64,000 nt of DNA from an uncultured Thermotogae bacterium (GCA_964528085.1 CAZGRE010000002.1:5150-69149), one strand, 5' to 3'; shown: positions 10,953 to 22,179, counted from the stretch's first letter. The notes: generated from the letters alone by a model not told the origin. A program made the numbers and translations.

Positions 10953-12077
10953 TCACCCCTCCTTCGCCGCTTCCGCGATCGCCTCTGCCATCTCCGTCGT
11001 CGTCGCGTTCCCGCCCATGTCGTAGGTCCGCACGCGCCCCTCGGCGATGACGCGCGCCACGGCGTCCTCTATCCGGCTCGCCAGAGCGGTTTCGCCGAGG
11101 TAGTCGAGCATCATCTTCGCCGAGCGGATCGTGGCGATCGGGTTCACCTTGTTCAGGCCGGCGTACTTCGGGGCCGAGCCGTGCGTCGGCTCGAAGATCG
11201 CGTAGTCGTCCCCGATGTTCCCGGCGCAGGCGAATCCGAGGCCGCCGACGATCTGGGCGGCGAGGTCGGAGATTATGTCGCCGAACATGTTCGAGCTGAC
11301 GAGGACACCGTAGTCCTGTGGGTTCTTCACGAGCCACATGCACATGGCGTCAACGTTCGTCTCCCAGAGCTCAATCCCTTCGTACTCCTTGGCGATCGCC
11401 CTCGCCTCCCTCACCATCAGTCCCGATGTCTCGCGGATCACGTTCGGCTTCTCGACGACGGTGACCGTCTGGTAGCCGTGCGCCTTAGCGTACTCGAATG
11501 CATTCCGGACGATCCTCCGGCACCCTTTCCTTGTGAATATCCTCGCCGAGACGGCGATGTCCTCGTTTTTCACGCCCTTGAACCGCGCCATCTTCGGATG
11601 GACCTCGAGCGCCCTTCGGACCTCGTCCGGGAGCGGATGCCACTCGACACCGCTGTACAACCCCTCGGTGTTCTCGCGGAAGACGACGAGGTCGATGTCG
11701 TCGCGGAGGTTGAGCGGGTTTCCCGGATAGGCCTTGCACGGACGGAGGTTGGTGTGCAGGTCGAACAGCTGTCTCAGCCCGACGATCGGGCTTGAGTAGA
11801 CGAGCCCCTTCCCCTGTAGCTCCGGGGCGAGCTCGGCCGCCGCCTCCTCCTTTGGCTTCGATGTGATCGCTCCGAACAGGCAGCAGTCGGTCTCCTTCAA
11901 CAGTTCGATCGTCCGCTCTGGAAGGGGGTTCCCTTCTGTCTTCCAAAACTCCCAGCCGATATCCCCATAGCGGTAGTCCGCTTCGAACCCGATCGAGTCG
12001 AGGACGAGCCTTGCCGCTTCCAGAACCTCGCTGCCGACCCCATCGCCGGGGAGGATCGCGATCCGGTACTCTCCCAT
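10953..12077 (-). CDS. Isocitrate/isopropylmalate/homoisocitrate dehydrogenase family protein
   Basis: [12 protein letters not shown]-terminal motif and beta-decarboxylating dehydrogenase fold; ATG at 12077 with AGGAGGG RBS; the ORF-track extension to 12227 is a Pro-rich leader unlikely to be coding. Confidence 0.8.
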   Translation of the reverse strand: MGEYRIAILPGDGVGSEVLEAARLVLDSIGFEADYRYGDIGWEFWKTEGNPLPERTIELLKETDCCLFGAITSKPKEEAAAELAPELQGKGLVYSSPIVGLRQLFDLHTNLRPCKAYPGNPLNLRDDIDLVVFRENTEGLYSGVEWHPLPDEVRRALEVHPKMARFKGVKNEDIAVSARIFTRKGCRRIVRNAFEYAKAHGYQTVTVVEKPNVIRETSGLMVREARAIAKEYEGIELWETNVDAMCMWLVKNPQDYGVLVSSNMFGDIISDLAAQIVGGLGFACAGNIGDDYAIFEPTHGSAPKYAGLNKVNPIATIRSAKMMLDYLGETALASRIEDAVARVIAEGRVRTYDMGGNATTTEMAEAIAEAAKEG

Positions 12078-12303
12078 AATCCCTCCTGTAGCTCGCGGTC
12101 TGCCGTGATTATAGCGGGGAGGGGGTGGGTTGGTCGATCGAGCCAGCTTGTTTTCTGAAACCGGGACGGTCATCGGAGGGTAGATCGATTGCGGGAGGGA
12201 GGACCTTCCGGGAAAGGAGGGTACCATGAAGAATCGACTGAGGGGAGTCCGGCTTCACTTTCGACGTTCATCGCGTTATAGTGGGAAAAAGGAGGTAATC
12301 GCC

Positions 12304-13143
12304 ATGACCGACCGCACTTCGGGCAGCCGGATGTTCGGGCGGCTGATCGTTCCAGTCCTTTTGGTGATCGTACTCGTATTTGTCGCCGCTTCGCCGGCAC
12401 GGAGGGTGATCGCACAGGAAGAGCCGTTCGTAGAGAGGGTCCTTCGAACCTTGACGCTCCTCCCCGAGGATTATCTCCCGGCGTTGGTCCGGCTGATGGG
12501 AGCCATGAATGAGGACGGTGCGCCGTTCTACCTTGCTATCGAGGCCGGGTATATGCCGCGGGAGTTTTTGGCGATGCAGGAGATCGTCGAGCCGATTGAG
12601 CTCTCTCCCAGCGCTTTTCAGATCACCGTATTCAACTTTGAGATCGACCCGGAGAGCGAGGAGGAGCCGTGGTTCAGCGTCGCTGAGCCGCTCGAGGACC
12701 TGGTCTACGATCCGAAGGGGATAGGGATCATGTACCCGAACGTCGGGATCTTCATCCAGGAGGCGCATGAGGCTCCGCCCGAGGGAGAGGCGAGGTTCAC
12801 CGCCGGCCCACCGACCGAGGAGATCGAGGATATGCTCGGCTTGACGGCCCGGCTGACCGGAGATGTGCTCGAGCGACTCCGGATGGTGATGAAGGACCTC
12901 GACCGGATGGATCCCGAGGATCCGATGCGGGTTGGATTCCTGAACAACGTGCGTGAGTTCCTCCTTCGGAGTGGGATCACGCTCCCTGCCTCCGATTATC
13001 GGATCGTTGCCCTCGACTTCCAACGGGCGGAGGCGTTCAACGCGGACATCCCGGATGAGGTGAGGCCAGGCCTCGCTGTCCTTCCGGAGGGGATCGGCGT
13101 ATTCTTCGATCGAATCGGGATCTTCGTTCAGCTTGCGATTTAG
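12304..13143 (+). CDS. Hypothetical secreted protein (first gene of the surface-protein array)
   Basis: ATG at 12304 with AAGGAGGT RBS at 9-nt spacing; N-terminal TM/signal LIVPVLLVIVLVFVAASPA; acidic mature protein. Confidence 0.6.
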   Translation: MTDRTSGSRMFGRLIVPVLLVIVLVFVAASPARRVIAQEEPFVERVLRTLTLLPEDYLPALVRLMGAMNEDGAPFYLAIEAGYMPREFLAMQEIVEPIELSPSAFQITVFNFEIDPESEEEPWFSVAEPLEDLVYDPKGIGIMYPNVGIFIQEAHEAPPEGEARFTAGPPTEEIEDMLGLTARLTGDVLERLRMVMKDLDRMDPEDPMRVGFLNNVREFLLRSGITLPASDYRIVALDFQRAEAFNADIPDEVRPGLAVLPEGIGVFFDRIGIFVQLAI

Positions 13144-13206
13144 TCACAGGATCAGGAAGGAGTGAATGTAGGGTTTCGTGGGGTTACGGGTAAGGGAGGA
13201 GGGCTG

Positions 13207-15417
13207 ATGCTCAGGGAGGCGGTCGGCGGTAAGGGATTGTTTAGCCTGAGGGGGGCCGTGACGGTCCCCCTTTTGATTCTCGTTGTTATGGTCGTGTCGG
13301 TGGCCGTTCGAGCGGACTCAGCCGTCGACATATCGGTTGAGACGATCCGGATCGATCGGTCTCCCGGTGCAGCGAGCGCGGAGGGCTCGCTCGGGTTGGA
13401 TCAGGGCCTCGTGGGGGACACCTTGCACGTGAGTGCCCTCGTCAAGAACGTGGGTACCTCTCCGGTCGGGCAGTTTAAGGTCGATTTCTTCTTCACCGAG
13501 ATGATATCCGGCGAACACGGAAGGATCGGCACACAGACGGTCCTCGGTCTCGATCCCGGGGGGGAGATCCGTCCGGTCGTGGTGGTCGACACCTCGACTT
13601 TCACCCCCGGGATATACGCGTTCTCCGCTGAGGCGGACCCTGACGGGTCATTGGGGGAGGATGAGGATAATCGCTGCAACAACATCGCTCCACGCGGTTC
13701 CTGCGCCGGTCAAGCGAAGGAGAGGCAGGACAAGTACAAGCTCACCCTCCTACGAGAAGGGAAATCGATCTCCGAGCTGAGCGTGACCCCGCGCTTCCCC
13801 GTCTGTCGGATGGGAAAGCTGGAGGAGACGATCACGGTTCACCTGTACAACGTCGGGACGGAGCCGTTGACCAAGGATGACGTCGAGGTCTGGGGCTACT
13901 ACAGGCTGGGACTCGACCCCCCTGCCGATCAATTCACGCCGCTCGTCGTCGATGCGGCGGAGAACCCCGTCCAGTTGTCGGTCAAGAGCTTCGCCGGTCT
14001 AGATCCCGGGAAGGACGGGTACATGACGATAGGCCTCAGCTTCGACGTATTCGACCGGTTGTTCGAGCCACGGAGCACGGAGGAGAATGAAGGGGAGGAC
14101 CTCGGTAATCCCTATCCCGTTCAGCTTCGGATGACGGTCAAGGTCGGAACCGACGAGAAGGACATCTTCCTCCCCGACCAGTTCCGCCTGGCGCAATTCT
14201 ATTCCGCGGTCGATCTGTGGACGTTCCCGGCAAGGCCGGTCTGTTCGTGTACAACTTATGAAGATATAGAGAGTATCTCCGTCCCTCCCGCTGTGGCCGG
14301 GGGGCTCGTCTTTCACGTCGTCTCGACCGCAGCTGGCGATCGGTTGCACGTGTTGAAGGTGAACACCGGCGAGGAGAAGGGGAGTTGGGAGGCGCCGAAC
14401 GGTATCGCCCTCACCTCCCCTGCTGCTTTCTATGATTCGACCGGGAATTCCTACCGGATCTACCTCGGCGGAAGCGACGGGAAGGTCTACTCCCTCCAAG
14501 GTGAGGAGAAGGAGGAGGGGGCGTTCCTGACGAGCCTATGGACGAGCCCCTCTGATATCGTCAGCCCGCCGAGGTCCGGAGGGGCGACGAGTTACCTCCG
14601 TCTTTCCTCCGATGGGACGAAGCTAATCGTCGGTTCGGAGAACGGCGTGTTCGTCCTCGATGCAGCGAGCGGCGATCTCCTCGGGAGCTATACCTCTTAC
14701 GGTCCGGTCAGCACGAAGCCGGCCTACGTCGATGCGACCGGCGCGATCTGGTTCGCGTCGGATGAGGAGATCTATGGAATCCTCCCGAACGGGTCCGAGT
14801 GCACGTACGACGTCAAGGATCGTGTAACGACTTCGCTTGAGCTGAACGGCACGGGGACGAGTCTCTTCTTCGGGACCGAGTCCGGCTCCGTTTACGCCGT
14901 TGATGCCGTTGTCGGCGGAGGGACCTGCACGGTTCTGGCGAGCGCCGATCCCCTGCGGACGGTCGTCGGGATGGCGGTCGCTACCGCGGAGGAGGATGCC
15001 GTCATCTACCTGACGAGTGACATCGGGGAGATCGCCCGCGTCGAGTATGACGAAAGGAAGGGGTTCACGCGGGTCACCACCTCCGAGAGGGATTTCGAGC
15101 CGACGAAGATCCTCGCCGCTCCCGCCATCCTCGAGAACAGGAAGGGCGATGACGCTGATGCCGTGCTGGTTGCAGGAGAATGGAAGGAGAAGGGGGCAAG
15201 GACGTTGCGGCCTGTCCTCCAAGGTTGGAAGAGCGATCTGACGGAGTACGAGACCGTCAAGATATGGGGGTCCTCCGTCTCCCTCGTCTTTGAACCGGAG
15301 GAGGACACCGTCATCCCGCAGGGCCTATTGATGCCGGTCATCGATCAGGATTGGAAGATACTCCTCGTCGCTTCCTCCGACGGGTATCTCTATGCATTCG
15401 ACCTGAGCGGAATTTAG
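13207..15417 (+). CDS. Secreted CARDB-domain protein with C-terminal PQQ-like beta-propeller
   Basis: ATG at 13207 with GGGAGGAGGG RBS; signal/TM VTVPLLILVVMVVSVAVRA; CARDB-type repeat (VSALVKNVGTSPVGQFKVDFFF...EDEDNRCNN); C-terminal propeller blades GKVYSLQG, NGVFVLDAASGDLLG, GSVYAVDA, DGYLYAFDLSG. Confidence 0.7.
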   Translation: MLREAVGGKGLFSLRGAVTVPLLILVVMVVSVAVRADSAVDISVETIRIDRSPGAASAEGSLGLDQGLVGDTLHVSALVKNVGTSPVGQFKVDFFFTEMISGEHGRIGTQTVLGLDPGGEIRPVVVVDTSTFTPGIYAFSAEADPDGSLGEDEDNRCNNIAPRGSCAGQAKERQDKYKLTLLREGKSISELSVTPRFPVCRMGKLEETITVHLYNVGTEPLTKDDVEVWGYYRLGLDPPADQFTPLVVDAAENPVQLSVKSFAGLDPGKDGYMTIGLSFDVFDRLFEPRSTEENEGEDLGNPYPVQLRMTVKVGTDEKDIFLPDQFRLAQFYSAVDLWTFPARPVCSCTTYEDIESISVPPAVAGGLVFHVVSTAAGDRLHVLKVNTGEEKGSWEAPNGIALTSPAAFYDSTGNSYRIYLGGSDGKVYSLQGEEKEEGAFLTSLWTSPSDIVSPPRSGGATSYLRLSSDGTKLIVGSENGVFVLDAASGDLLGSYTSYGPVSTKPAYVDATGAIWFASDEEIYGILPNGSECTYDVKDRVTTSLELNGTGTSLFFGTESGSVYAVDAVVGGGTCTVLASADPLRTVVGMAVATAEEDAVIYLTSDIGEIARVEYDERKGFTRVTTSERDFEPTKILAAPAILENRKGDDADAVLVAGEWKEKGARTLRPVLQGWKSDLTEYETVKIWGSSVSLVFEPEEDTVIPQGLLMPVIDQDWKILLVASSDGYLYAFDLSGI

Positions 15418-15469
15418 GCGGTTTAATTGCAGTGGTTTTTGGTATGATCCGTAGCTAAGTTAAGGGGGC

Positions 15470-18400
15470 ATGATGGGGCGAGGACGTTTCGGCAAGTGTC
15501 TGCTTCTCTTGGGTCTTCTTTCGATTGCGATTATTGTGGTCGGTGCCTACCCGGATGAGCCGCTCCCCGACTTGACGATCGACGGGGTGAGCTTCACTCC
15601 GCAAGGACCGGTCGTCCGCGGTGATCCGCTCTCGGCCGCAGTCGTCATCGTGCGTGCCGGTCAGCCGGTAGACGTGCCGGTCAGGGTTGAGATCAGCTGG
15701 CGGCGGCTGGATGCGGAGGGGGCGTGCGGTTCGGTAATTGAGACGCTCGCTTCCGATGAGGAGACGGTCGAGGTGAAGATCGACACCTCCCTCCTCACCC
15801 CTGGGACGTACGAGCTCGTCGCTCGCGTCGACCCGGAGGATCTGATCGCTGAGAGCGACGAGACGAACAACCGGGCTGTCTTCTACTTCGATGTCCTCCC
15901 TCCGAGGCCGGAGCTTCACCCGGTCAGCCTTAACGTCGACCCGGCCTCCCCGCTCGAGTGGGGGGAGACGGCGACGGTGACCGCTGGCGTCGAGAATACG
16001 GGGAGGCTTTCAGCGGGCGCGTTTCACGTCGAGTTCCTGCTGTTTCCCATCTATTGTCACGACCCGGATACAGGGGAGGCGTGGACGATCTCCGCTCTCG
16101 CTTCCGGTGATGGGGGAATGGCTACCTGGGTCTTCTCCGCGGTGGATGCCCCCCCCGCCGACCTCACCGAGCTGACGGCGGAGATCCCTCCTGGGGCGTG
16201 GATACCGTTTTCGTCCGTCAGGATCCCTGGCCTCGAGCGGGATCAGCAGATAGGGGTGAGTAACCCGTTCTGGACCGGCCAGCCGCTCCGTGATCTTCTT
16301 GCCGCAAGCGGCGAGAAGACGATCAGCGGTTCGATCATGACGCCGCTCAGTGACGACGAGCTGGAGCTTCTCGAGGGGTGCGTGACCACTTACGCGATCG
16401 AGATCCTCGTCGGGGAACCGGCTGGGATGCTCGAAGAGGATCCAATGAACAATCGTCTGAGAAGCGCTCTGACGGTGCAGCCATCGACCCTCGAACTCCC
16501 GGAGCTCGTCCCTGTTCAGATTACGTTCGACCGGGATCTTCCCCTCAACTGGGACGATGACATGGACGCTGAGGTCGTGGTGACGAACCGGGGCGGGAGT
16601 GGGGTACTGAGCGGGTTCGATGTCAGCTACTACTACCGCCGGTCGGGTGAGAGCGAATGGATATTCCTCGACAAGGAGAGGATCTCCCAGTTGGGGATCG
16701 AGGAGGATTCGAACACGGAGAGCGTCAAGGCGACGGTCGACGCCGATCCCAGTCGGCTCTCCCTGAGACCGGGGAGTTACGAGCTGCGGGTCGTCGTCGA
16801 CGAAGCGGACGTGATTCGAGAGCAGAACGAGGAGAACAACGAGCTGGTCGTTGGATTCTCCGTCAAGGGGAGCGAGATTCACCCGATCAGCCTCGACCTC
16901 CCCTCTGCGCCTGTCCATCAAGGGGATACGGTATCCGTCGTTGCCCTCGTGGAGAACACGGGGGAACTCAGCCTTCATGACTTCACCGTCGGCTTTTACG
17001 TCGACGACATCAGGTTCGACACCTTCTACTACCGTTCTCCGGAGAGCGAGGACGGTCTTGAGGAGGATGATAGGACGCGGGTGGAAGGGCTTCTCGATAC
17101 ATCCGATCTCCCGCCGGAGGAGTACACCCTCCGGGTGGTGATCGATCCGGACGACAGGATCCCCGAGCTCGACGAGGGGAACAACACGATCAGCGCTCCC
17201 CTCACGATCCTCCCTCCGCTCAAGCGGCAGGCCGAGCTTCAGCTGACCGGGGTCGATCTCTCACCGGCATCCCCGATCGGGGAGGGGAGTCGCCTCGTCG
17301 TCTCCGCGACCGTCAGGAACGCCGGGGATATCGATGCCGATCGGTTCCAGATCCGATTCGAGGTCTTACCGGTCGAAGGAGGGAGCGCTGTTGAACCTCA
17401 ACCGGGGGATCGGTTCTATATCACCCAGGACGTCCCCGGCCTGGCGCGCTCAGCGAGCCGCGTGATCCAGGTGACGTTCACGACCGATGATTGGCCGAAG
17501 GGATCATACGAGCTTCGCGTCCGCGTCGATCCGCCGTCAACGGATGAGCTCGGGGATCGGGGCGAGGTCGATGAGATCGATGAGCTGAACGATGAGATGA
17601 TCGTGTCGTTTGCGATCGGTCCCCCTCCCGCCGGTGAGGAAGGGGTGGGTCCGACCGATGCCCCGAACCTCGCGTTCGCTGATCTTGCGGTCAGCCCTTC
17701 GACATCGGTCGATGTGGGAACGCCGATCAAGGTCTCCGGGAGCGTCATCAATCGTGGGCGGAGGCCGGCCGGTCCGTTCAGGATCACGATAAAGTGGCTC
17801 GGCCCGGGCGGTGGAGGTTACACGGTCACGACCCAGGACGTCTCCGGCCTCGGAGTCGGGGAATCGGTCGCCATCATACCGGTGACGATCCAGACCTCGT
17901 TCCCGATGGGGACGTACCGGCTCGTGGCGACGGTCGACGCGCGCGCTGCGGTTGAAGAGCAGAACGAGGCCGATAACGAACGGACGATCGAAGTCACGGT
18001 CGGCGGCGGAGCGGGGATCCTCCCCGACCTCGTCCCGACCTCCATCCGCTTCGTCCCTCCCTCCGGCGCTCAGCTCGGCGAGCGGGTGATCGCCTACGTG
18101 ACCGTCCGCAATCAAGGGCCGCTCGCTGTCGGACCGTTCTCGATCGCGTTTACAACCCTGGCGGGGACCGATTACATAATCCGGGATGGCCTCGGCCCGC
18201 TCGGGGAGGTGGAGATCCCATATACCTTCCTTCCGACCGTGGCCGGGGAGTACGAGGTGTCGGTCGTCGTCGACCCGGACGATGCCCTGGCCGAATCGAA
18301 CGAGAAGAACAACGCGATTACGGGCTCGCTCGAAGTCGCTCCTCCGGCGAGGATAGAGGCGGTGGGGGTCGTTCATGACGACTCCCCGGTCAGGCTCCTC

Positions 18401-19417
18401 GCCGTCGATCGTCCTTCAGGGACGGTCTACGCTGCCTGGAGCAACGGGAAGGTGTGGGCGATCGGTCGGAATGGGGAGGTCAGGCTCCTGTTCGATGCCG
18501 GGGAGGGGATCACCGCTCTCGCCATCGATTCCGGCGCGAAGTCAGTCGTCTACGTCGGAACATCGGGGGGTAAGGTCGATAAGGTCGATGCTGCTACCGG
18601 CGAGCTGATCGTCGGATCGGCCCCGTTCGTCTCCCCTGTACGCGTCCTTGTCCTTGCCGGCGGCGGGGGGATCTACGTTGGGACGGAGGAGAGGCTCCTC
18701 CGCCTCGCCAGTGACCTTCAGGTCATTGCCGCGGTCGATGTGAGCGGTGGGATAGTCGATCTCGCATATGACGAGCCGCGGGAGACGGTCTATGCTGTAT
18801 CGCCGGACGGGCTGTATGCGTTCGATGCCGATCTTGCTGCCTTGAGCGATGTCTCCGGTTTTTATGGGAAGCTGAGCGCCCTCTCCCTCGGGAACAGCGG
18901 TCTGTTCGTCGGGACCGACGCCGGGGTCCTGTACGCGTACAGCTATTGCATGTCCCACGCCGGATCTCCGCCGATGATGCTCGCCGGATGGAGGTTTCCG
19001 AAGACGGGGACCCTCGAAGGGGGGATAACGTCGATCGTGGCTGCCGGGGGGACGGGGACAACGTATGTCGCGACCTCCGGCGGGAAGGTCTACGCGGTGA
19101 GCCTGACCGGGGAGTCGATCTGGACCTATCCGGCGATCGAAGGGGAGACGGTCTCTCCGATTCACTCCATCCCGGTGGTGGAAGGGCGATCGGGTCGTCT
19201 CTTCTTCGGTGATGATTCAGGGATACCCTACATTTTGGAGAGCAACGGTTCGCCGGCGTTCAGCGTAGACGCCTCGGCGACGGGTGGTGCGGCGATCCGC
19301 TCCGACCTCGTCGTCGACGAACGGCGAGAGGAGACGGAGTCGGGGAGGGTGTTGGTCCGCACCTATTACTACGGTGCGGAGGACGGTTGGGTTTACAGGA
19401 TCGATTCGCTTAAATAA
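15470..19417 (+). CDS. Giant secreted protein with about 7 tandem CARDB domains and a C-terminal PQQ-like beta-propeller
   Basis: 1315 aa; signal peptide; repeat units of about 110-120 aa, each ending in the CARDB signature DETNN/EENNE/EGNN/NEADNE/NEKNN; propeller blades KVWAIGRNGEV, GGKVDKVDAATGELI, DGLYAFDADL, GGKVYAVSLTGESIW, DGWVYRIDS. Confidence 0.75.
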   Translation: MMGRGRFGKCLLLLGLLSIAIIVVGAYPDEPLPDLTIDGVSFTPQGPVVRGDPLSAAVVIVRAGQPVDVPVRVEISWRRLDAEGACGSVIETLASDEETVEVKIDTSLLTPGTYELVARVDPEDLIAESDETNNRAVFYFDVLPPRPELHPVSLNVDPASPLEWGETATVTAGVENTGRLSAGAFHVEFLLFPIYCHDPDTGEAWTISALASGDGGMATWVFSAVDAPPADLTELTAEIPPGAWIPFSSVRIPGLERDQQIGVSNPFWTGQPLRDLLAASGEKTISGSIMTPLSDDELELLEGCVTTYAIEILVGEPAGMLEEDPMNNRLRSALTVQPSTLELPELVPVQITFDRDLPLNWDDDMDAEVVVTNRGGSGVLSGFDVSYYYRRSGESEWIFLDKERISQLGIEEDSNTESVKATVDADPSRLSLRPGSYELRVVVDEADVIREQNEENNELVVGFSVKGSEIHPISLDLPSAPVHQGDTVSVVALVENTGELSLHDFTVGFYVDDIRFDTFYYRSPESEDGLEEDDRTRVEGLLDTSDLPPEEYTLRVVIDPDDRIPELDEGNNTISAPLTILPPLKRQAELQLTGVDLSPASPIGEGSRLVVSATVRNAGDIDADRFQIRFEVLPVEGGSAVEPQPGDRFYITQDVPGLARSASRVIQVTFTTDDWPKGSYELRVRVDPPSTDELGDRGEVDEIDELNDEMIVSFAIGPPPAGEEGVGPTDAPNLAFADLAVSPSTSVDVGTPIKVSGSVINRGRRPAGPFRITIKWLGPGGGGYTVTTQDVSGLGVGESVAIIPVTIQTSFPMGTYRLVATVDARAAVEEQNEADNERTIEVTVGGGAGILPDLVPTSIRFVPPSGAQLGERVIAYVTVRNQGPLAVGPFSIAFTTLAGTDYIIRDGLGPLGEVEIPYTFLPTVAGEYEVSVVVDPDDALAESNEKNNAITGSLEVAPPARIEAVGVVHDDSPVRLLAVDRPSGTVYAAWSNGKVWAIGRNGEVRLLFDAGEGITALAIDSGAKSVVYVGTSGGKVDKVDAATGELIVGSAPFVSPVRVLVLAGGGGIYVGTEERLLRLASDLQVIAAVDVSGGIVDLAYDEPRETVYAVSPDGLYAFDADLAALSDVSGFYGKLSALSLGNSGLFVGTDAGVLYAYSYCMSHAGSPPMMLAGWRFPKTGTLEGGITSIVAAGGTGTTYVATSGGKVYAVSLTGESIWTYPAIEGETVSPIHSIPVVEGRSGRLFFGDDSGIPYILESNGSPAFSVDASATGGAAIRSDLVVDERREETESGRVLVRTYYYGAEDGWVYRIDSLK

Positions 19418-19452
19418 GCATGGTCGCGCAAGACGGAAGGGAGGCAAGGAGG

Positions 19453-22179
19453 ATGAAGAGAAAGGCTGTACTGGCGGTTGCGGTGCTGCTCTTGGGCCTC
19501 TCGATCGGCCTCGTTGGGCAGGGGATGGAGGAGTTTGCTGAACTGCACGTCACAAAGATCACCTTAGATCCTCCTTCCACGGTCACCCGCGGGGTGCAGG
19601 TCGAGGTTCATGCACGCGTGATGAACACGGGGACTCGGAGCGCTGATCGGTTCGACATCGGCTTCTTCTATCGGCTTCAGGGTAGCTCGGGGAGCTGGAT
19701 CCTGCTCGACAGGGTGGAGGGGGCGAGCCTTGCCCCGAGCCAGCAGGAGTTCCTCGATGTCGTCTTCGATATGGACACCCTTGATATGGCGCTCGGTACC
19801 TACGAGATCAGGGTTGTGGCCGATCTTACGAACGAAATCCCGGAGGTCGATGAGCTGAACAACGAGCTGCGGACGACGATGACGCTCGTCTCATCCTCGC
19901 TTGGCCTCCCCGACCTTCAGCCGGTAGAGCTGACTTACACCTCGACCAATCCTGGGAGCGACGATGACATGCTCCCCTGGAACGTCACCACGTCGATTAC
20001 GAACCTTGGGGAGGAGCAGGCCGGCCCGTTCAGCGTCGTCTTCCTGATCGAGGGCGTTGAATTCGACCGTAAGTTCCTGTTCGCTCTTCCAGCAGGAGGG
20101 TCGACCGAGCTCGTCGGGGAGCTCGACCCCTACGAGCTCGACCTCGGCCCGGGTTCGTACGAGATCACGGTGAGCGTCGATCCCGACGATGAGGTGAAGG
20201 AACAGGATGAGGCGAACAACGAGATATCCGGCTCGCTCACCCTTCTTTCCCCCGAGCTCTACCCGACGAGCCTCGCCTTCGATCGGTCGATCGTCCGGTT
20301 GGACGAGGAGGTTCAGGTTTCGGCTCAGATCAACAACAGCGGGAAGGGGCCGGCGAGCGGCGTCGAGGTCGCGTTCTACGTGAACCACATCCGGTTCGCC
20401 ACACAGACGATCGAGCTTCTCGACCGCGGGTTGAGCACCGTCGTCTCCGGGACCCTGAATCCGGAGAAGCTCGGGTTGACCGATGCCTCGGCCGTTTACG
20501 AGATCAAGGTCGTCGTCGATCCTGACAACGCATTCGACGAGCTCGACGAGGCGAACAACGAGATGATTCGGCCTCTTACGATACTCGCTCCGGAGCCGAA
20601 GCGGCCGGAGATCCATCCGGAGAGCATCGAGCTGAGCCCTCCTTCCCCGGCTGAACTGGGAAGGGCCGCCACGGTGACGGTGTCGACGGTGATAAAGAAC
20701 ACAGGGAGGGCCGTTGCCGATAGGTTCAACGTCGGCTTCTACTATCGGGTGAAGGGAGGCCTCCGTTGGGAGCTCTTCGCATGCAGTGACGAGGAGAGCT
20801 GCAGCGAGGTCAGCCTCAGCCCTGGAGGGCAGATCAAGCTGGTCGGGAGGCTTCCGATCGCCGCGGTCGGACCGGGGATCTACGAGATCCGTGTCCTCGC
20901 CGATTCACAGGACGTGGTCGACGAGCTCGACGAGACGAACAACGAGCTCGTTACGACGTTGACCCTCCTCGCTTCCCGCCTTCCGGATCTTTCGTTCTGC
21001 ATGATGCAGCCGGTTGTGGTCGAGCCCTCGGTTCAGGTCCAACACGGCCAGACGCTCCGCCTCTCCGCATGCGTGACGAACGTTGGGGATCGGGATGCAG
21101 GGGGATTCCTCATCCGCTTCTCCTACTGCCGCGTGAGCGAGGCGGCCGATGGCGCCCCGGCGTGTACCGAGCCGAGCGAGTACAGGACGGCCTACTTCAC
21201 CCCTGGGGCTGAGGTTGAAGTTCAGGGGCTAGCGATCGGGGAGACTGTCCGGGTTCCGGTGTCCCTTGAGACGCGCGACCTCGATCCGGGTCAGTACAAC
21301 ATCCTTGTCCAGATCGACCCTGCGACCGGCTCAGCGAGCGATGGGATGGTTGAGGAGCGTAACGAGCAGAACAACACGACCGTCGTTCAGGTCTCGGTCC
21401 TCGGACCGGACCTGACCGTCGTCGACTTCCGCTCGGAGCCGGAGAGCATCGTTAATAGCGGTGAATCCGTGGAGGTTTCAGCGACGGTTATGAACATCGG
21501 CGTCGAGCCGGCCGGCGGGTTTACGGTCGGGTTCAAGCTCCTCAGGGTAGGCGAGACGACCGAGCCGGTTCGGATCTGGAGCTGCTCGAACGATGAGGCG
21601 ACCGAGTGCATCGGCCCTGAGTACTTCGGGCAGGCGCGGCTCCCCGGGATCGATGTCCTCGTGCCTGAGGAGGTGCGATGCAGCCTCGATACGAGCGGTA
21701 TTGAGGCGGGTGAATACGTCCTCCGCGTCGAGGTTGACGTGAAGGATGCGGTTGTCGAGCACACCGAGATGAACAACTTCGCTGAGATTCCGCTTTTGAT
21801 CGTCGGCGAAGGGGAGGAGGCCATCAGCGAGGGGGCCGATCTGGCCATCGAATCGTTTCGCATCTATAAGATGGGTATGCGCTCGGACGAAGTGCGGTTA
21901 TGGGTGACGCTCATCAATATAGGGAGCACGGACGTTGGCCCGTTTGAAGTTAGTTTCTTCTGTATAAATTCTTCTGCTGCAGAACCGGTTTTCCTTGGTT
22001 CGTGGACCGTGCGCGGTCTTGCAGCTGGGGCAGAAGTAACAATCGTCCGGTCCTTGAATACGTCGACTCTTTCACCCGGAGCGTATGCTGTGGGAGTTAT
22101 TGTCGATTCTGCGAACGCCATTGTCGAGGTGAATGAGGAGAATAATACACAAGAAGGGACCCTCTGGATCCATTATTAG
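19453..22179 (+). CDS. Secreted protein with about 7 tandem CARDB domains
   Basis: ATG at 19453 after GGGAGG/AGGAGG; signal peptide MKRKAVLAVAVLLLGLSIGLVG; repeats ending DELNNE, DEANNE (twice), DETNNE, NEQNNT, TEMNNF, NEENNT. Confidence 0.75.
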   Translation: MKRKAVLAVAVLLLGLSIGLVGQGMEEFAELHVTKITLDPPSTVTRGVQVEVHARVMNTGTRSADRFDIGFFYRLQGSSGSWILLDRVEGASLAPSQQEFLDVVFDMDTLDMALGTYEIRVVADLTNEIPEVDELNNELRTTMTLVSSSLGLPDLQPVELTYTSTNPGSDDDMLPWNVTTSITNLGEEQAGPFSVVFLIEGVEFDRKFLFALPAGGSTELVGELDPYELDLGPGSYEITVSVDPDDEVKEQDEANNEISGSLTLLSPELYPTSLAFDRSIVRLDEEVQVSAQINNSGKGPASGVEVAFYVNHIRFATQTIELLDRGLSTVVSGTLNPEKLGLTDASAVYEIKVVVDPDNAFDELDEANNEMIRPLTILAPEPKRPEIHPESIELSPPSPAELGRAATVTVSTVIKNTGRAVADRFNVGFYYRVKGGLRWELFACSDEESCSEVSLSPGGQIKLVGRLPIAAVGPGIYEIRVLADSQDVVDELDETNNELVTTLTLLASRLPDLSFCMMQPVVVEPSVQVQHGQTLRLSACVTNVGDRDAGGFLIRFSYCRVSEAADGAPACTEPSEYRTAYFTPGAEVEVQGLAIGETVRVPVSLETRDLDPGQYNILVQIDPATGSASDGMVEERNEQNNTTVVQVSVLGPDLTVVDFRSEPESIVNSGESVEVSATVMNIGVEPAGGFTVGFKLLRVGETTEPVRIWSCSNDEATECIGPEYFGQARLPGIDVLVPEEVRCSLDTSGIEAGEYVLRVEVDVKDAVVEHTEMNNFAEIPLLIVGEGEEAISEGADLAIESFRIYKMGMRSDEVRLWVTLINIGSTDVGPFEVSFFCINSSAAEPVFLGSWTVRGLAAGAEVTIVRSLNTSTLSPGAYAVGVIVDSANAIVEVNEENNTQEGTLWIHY

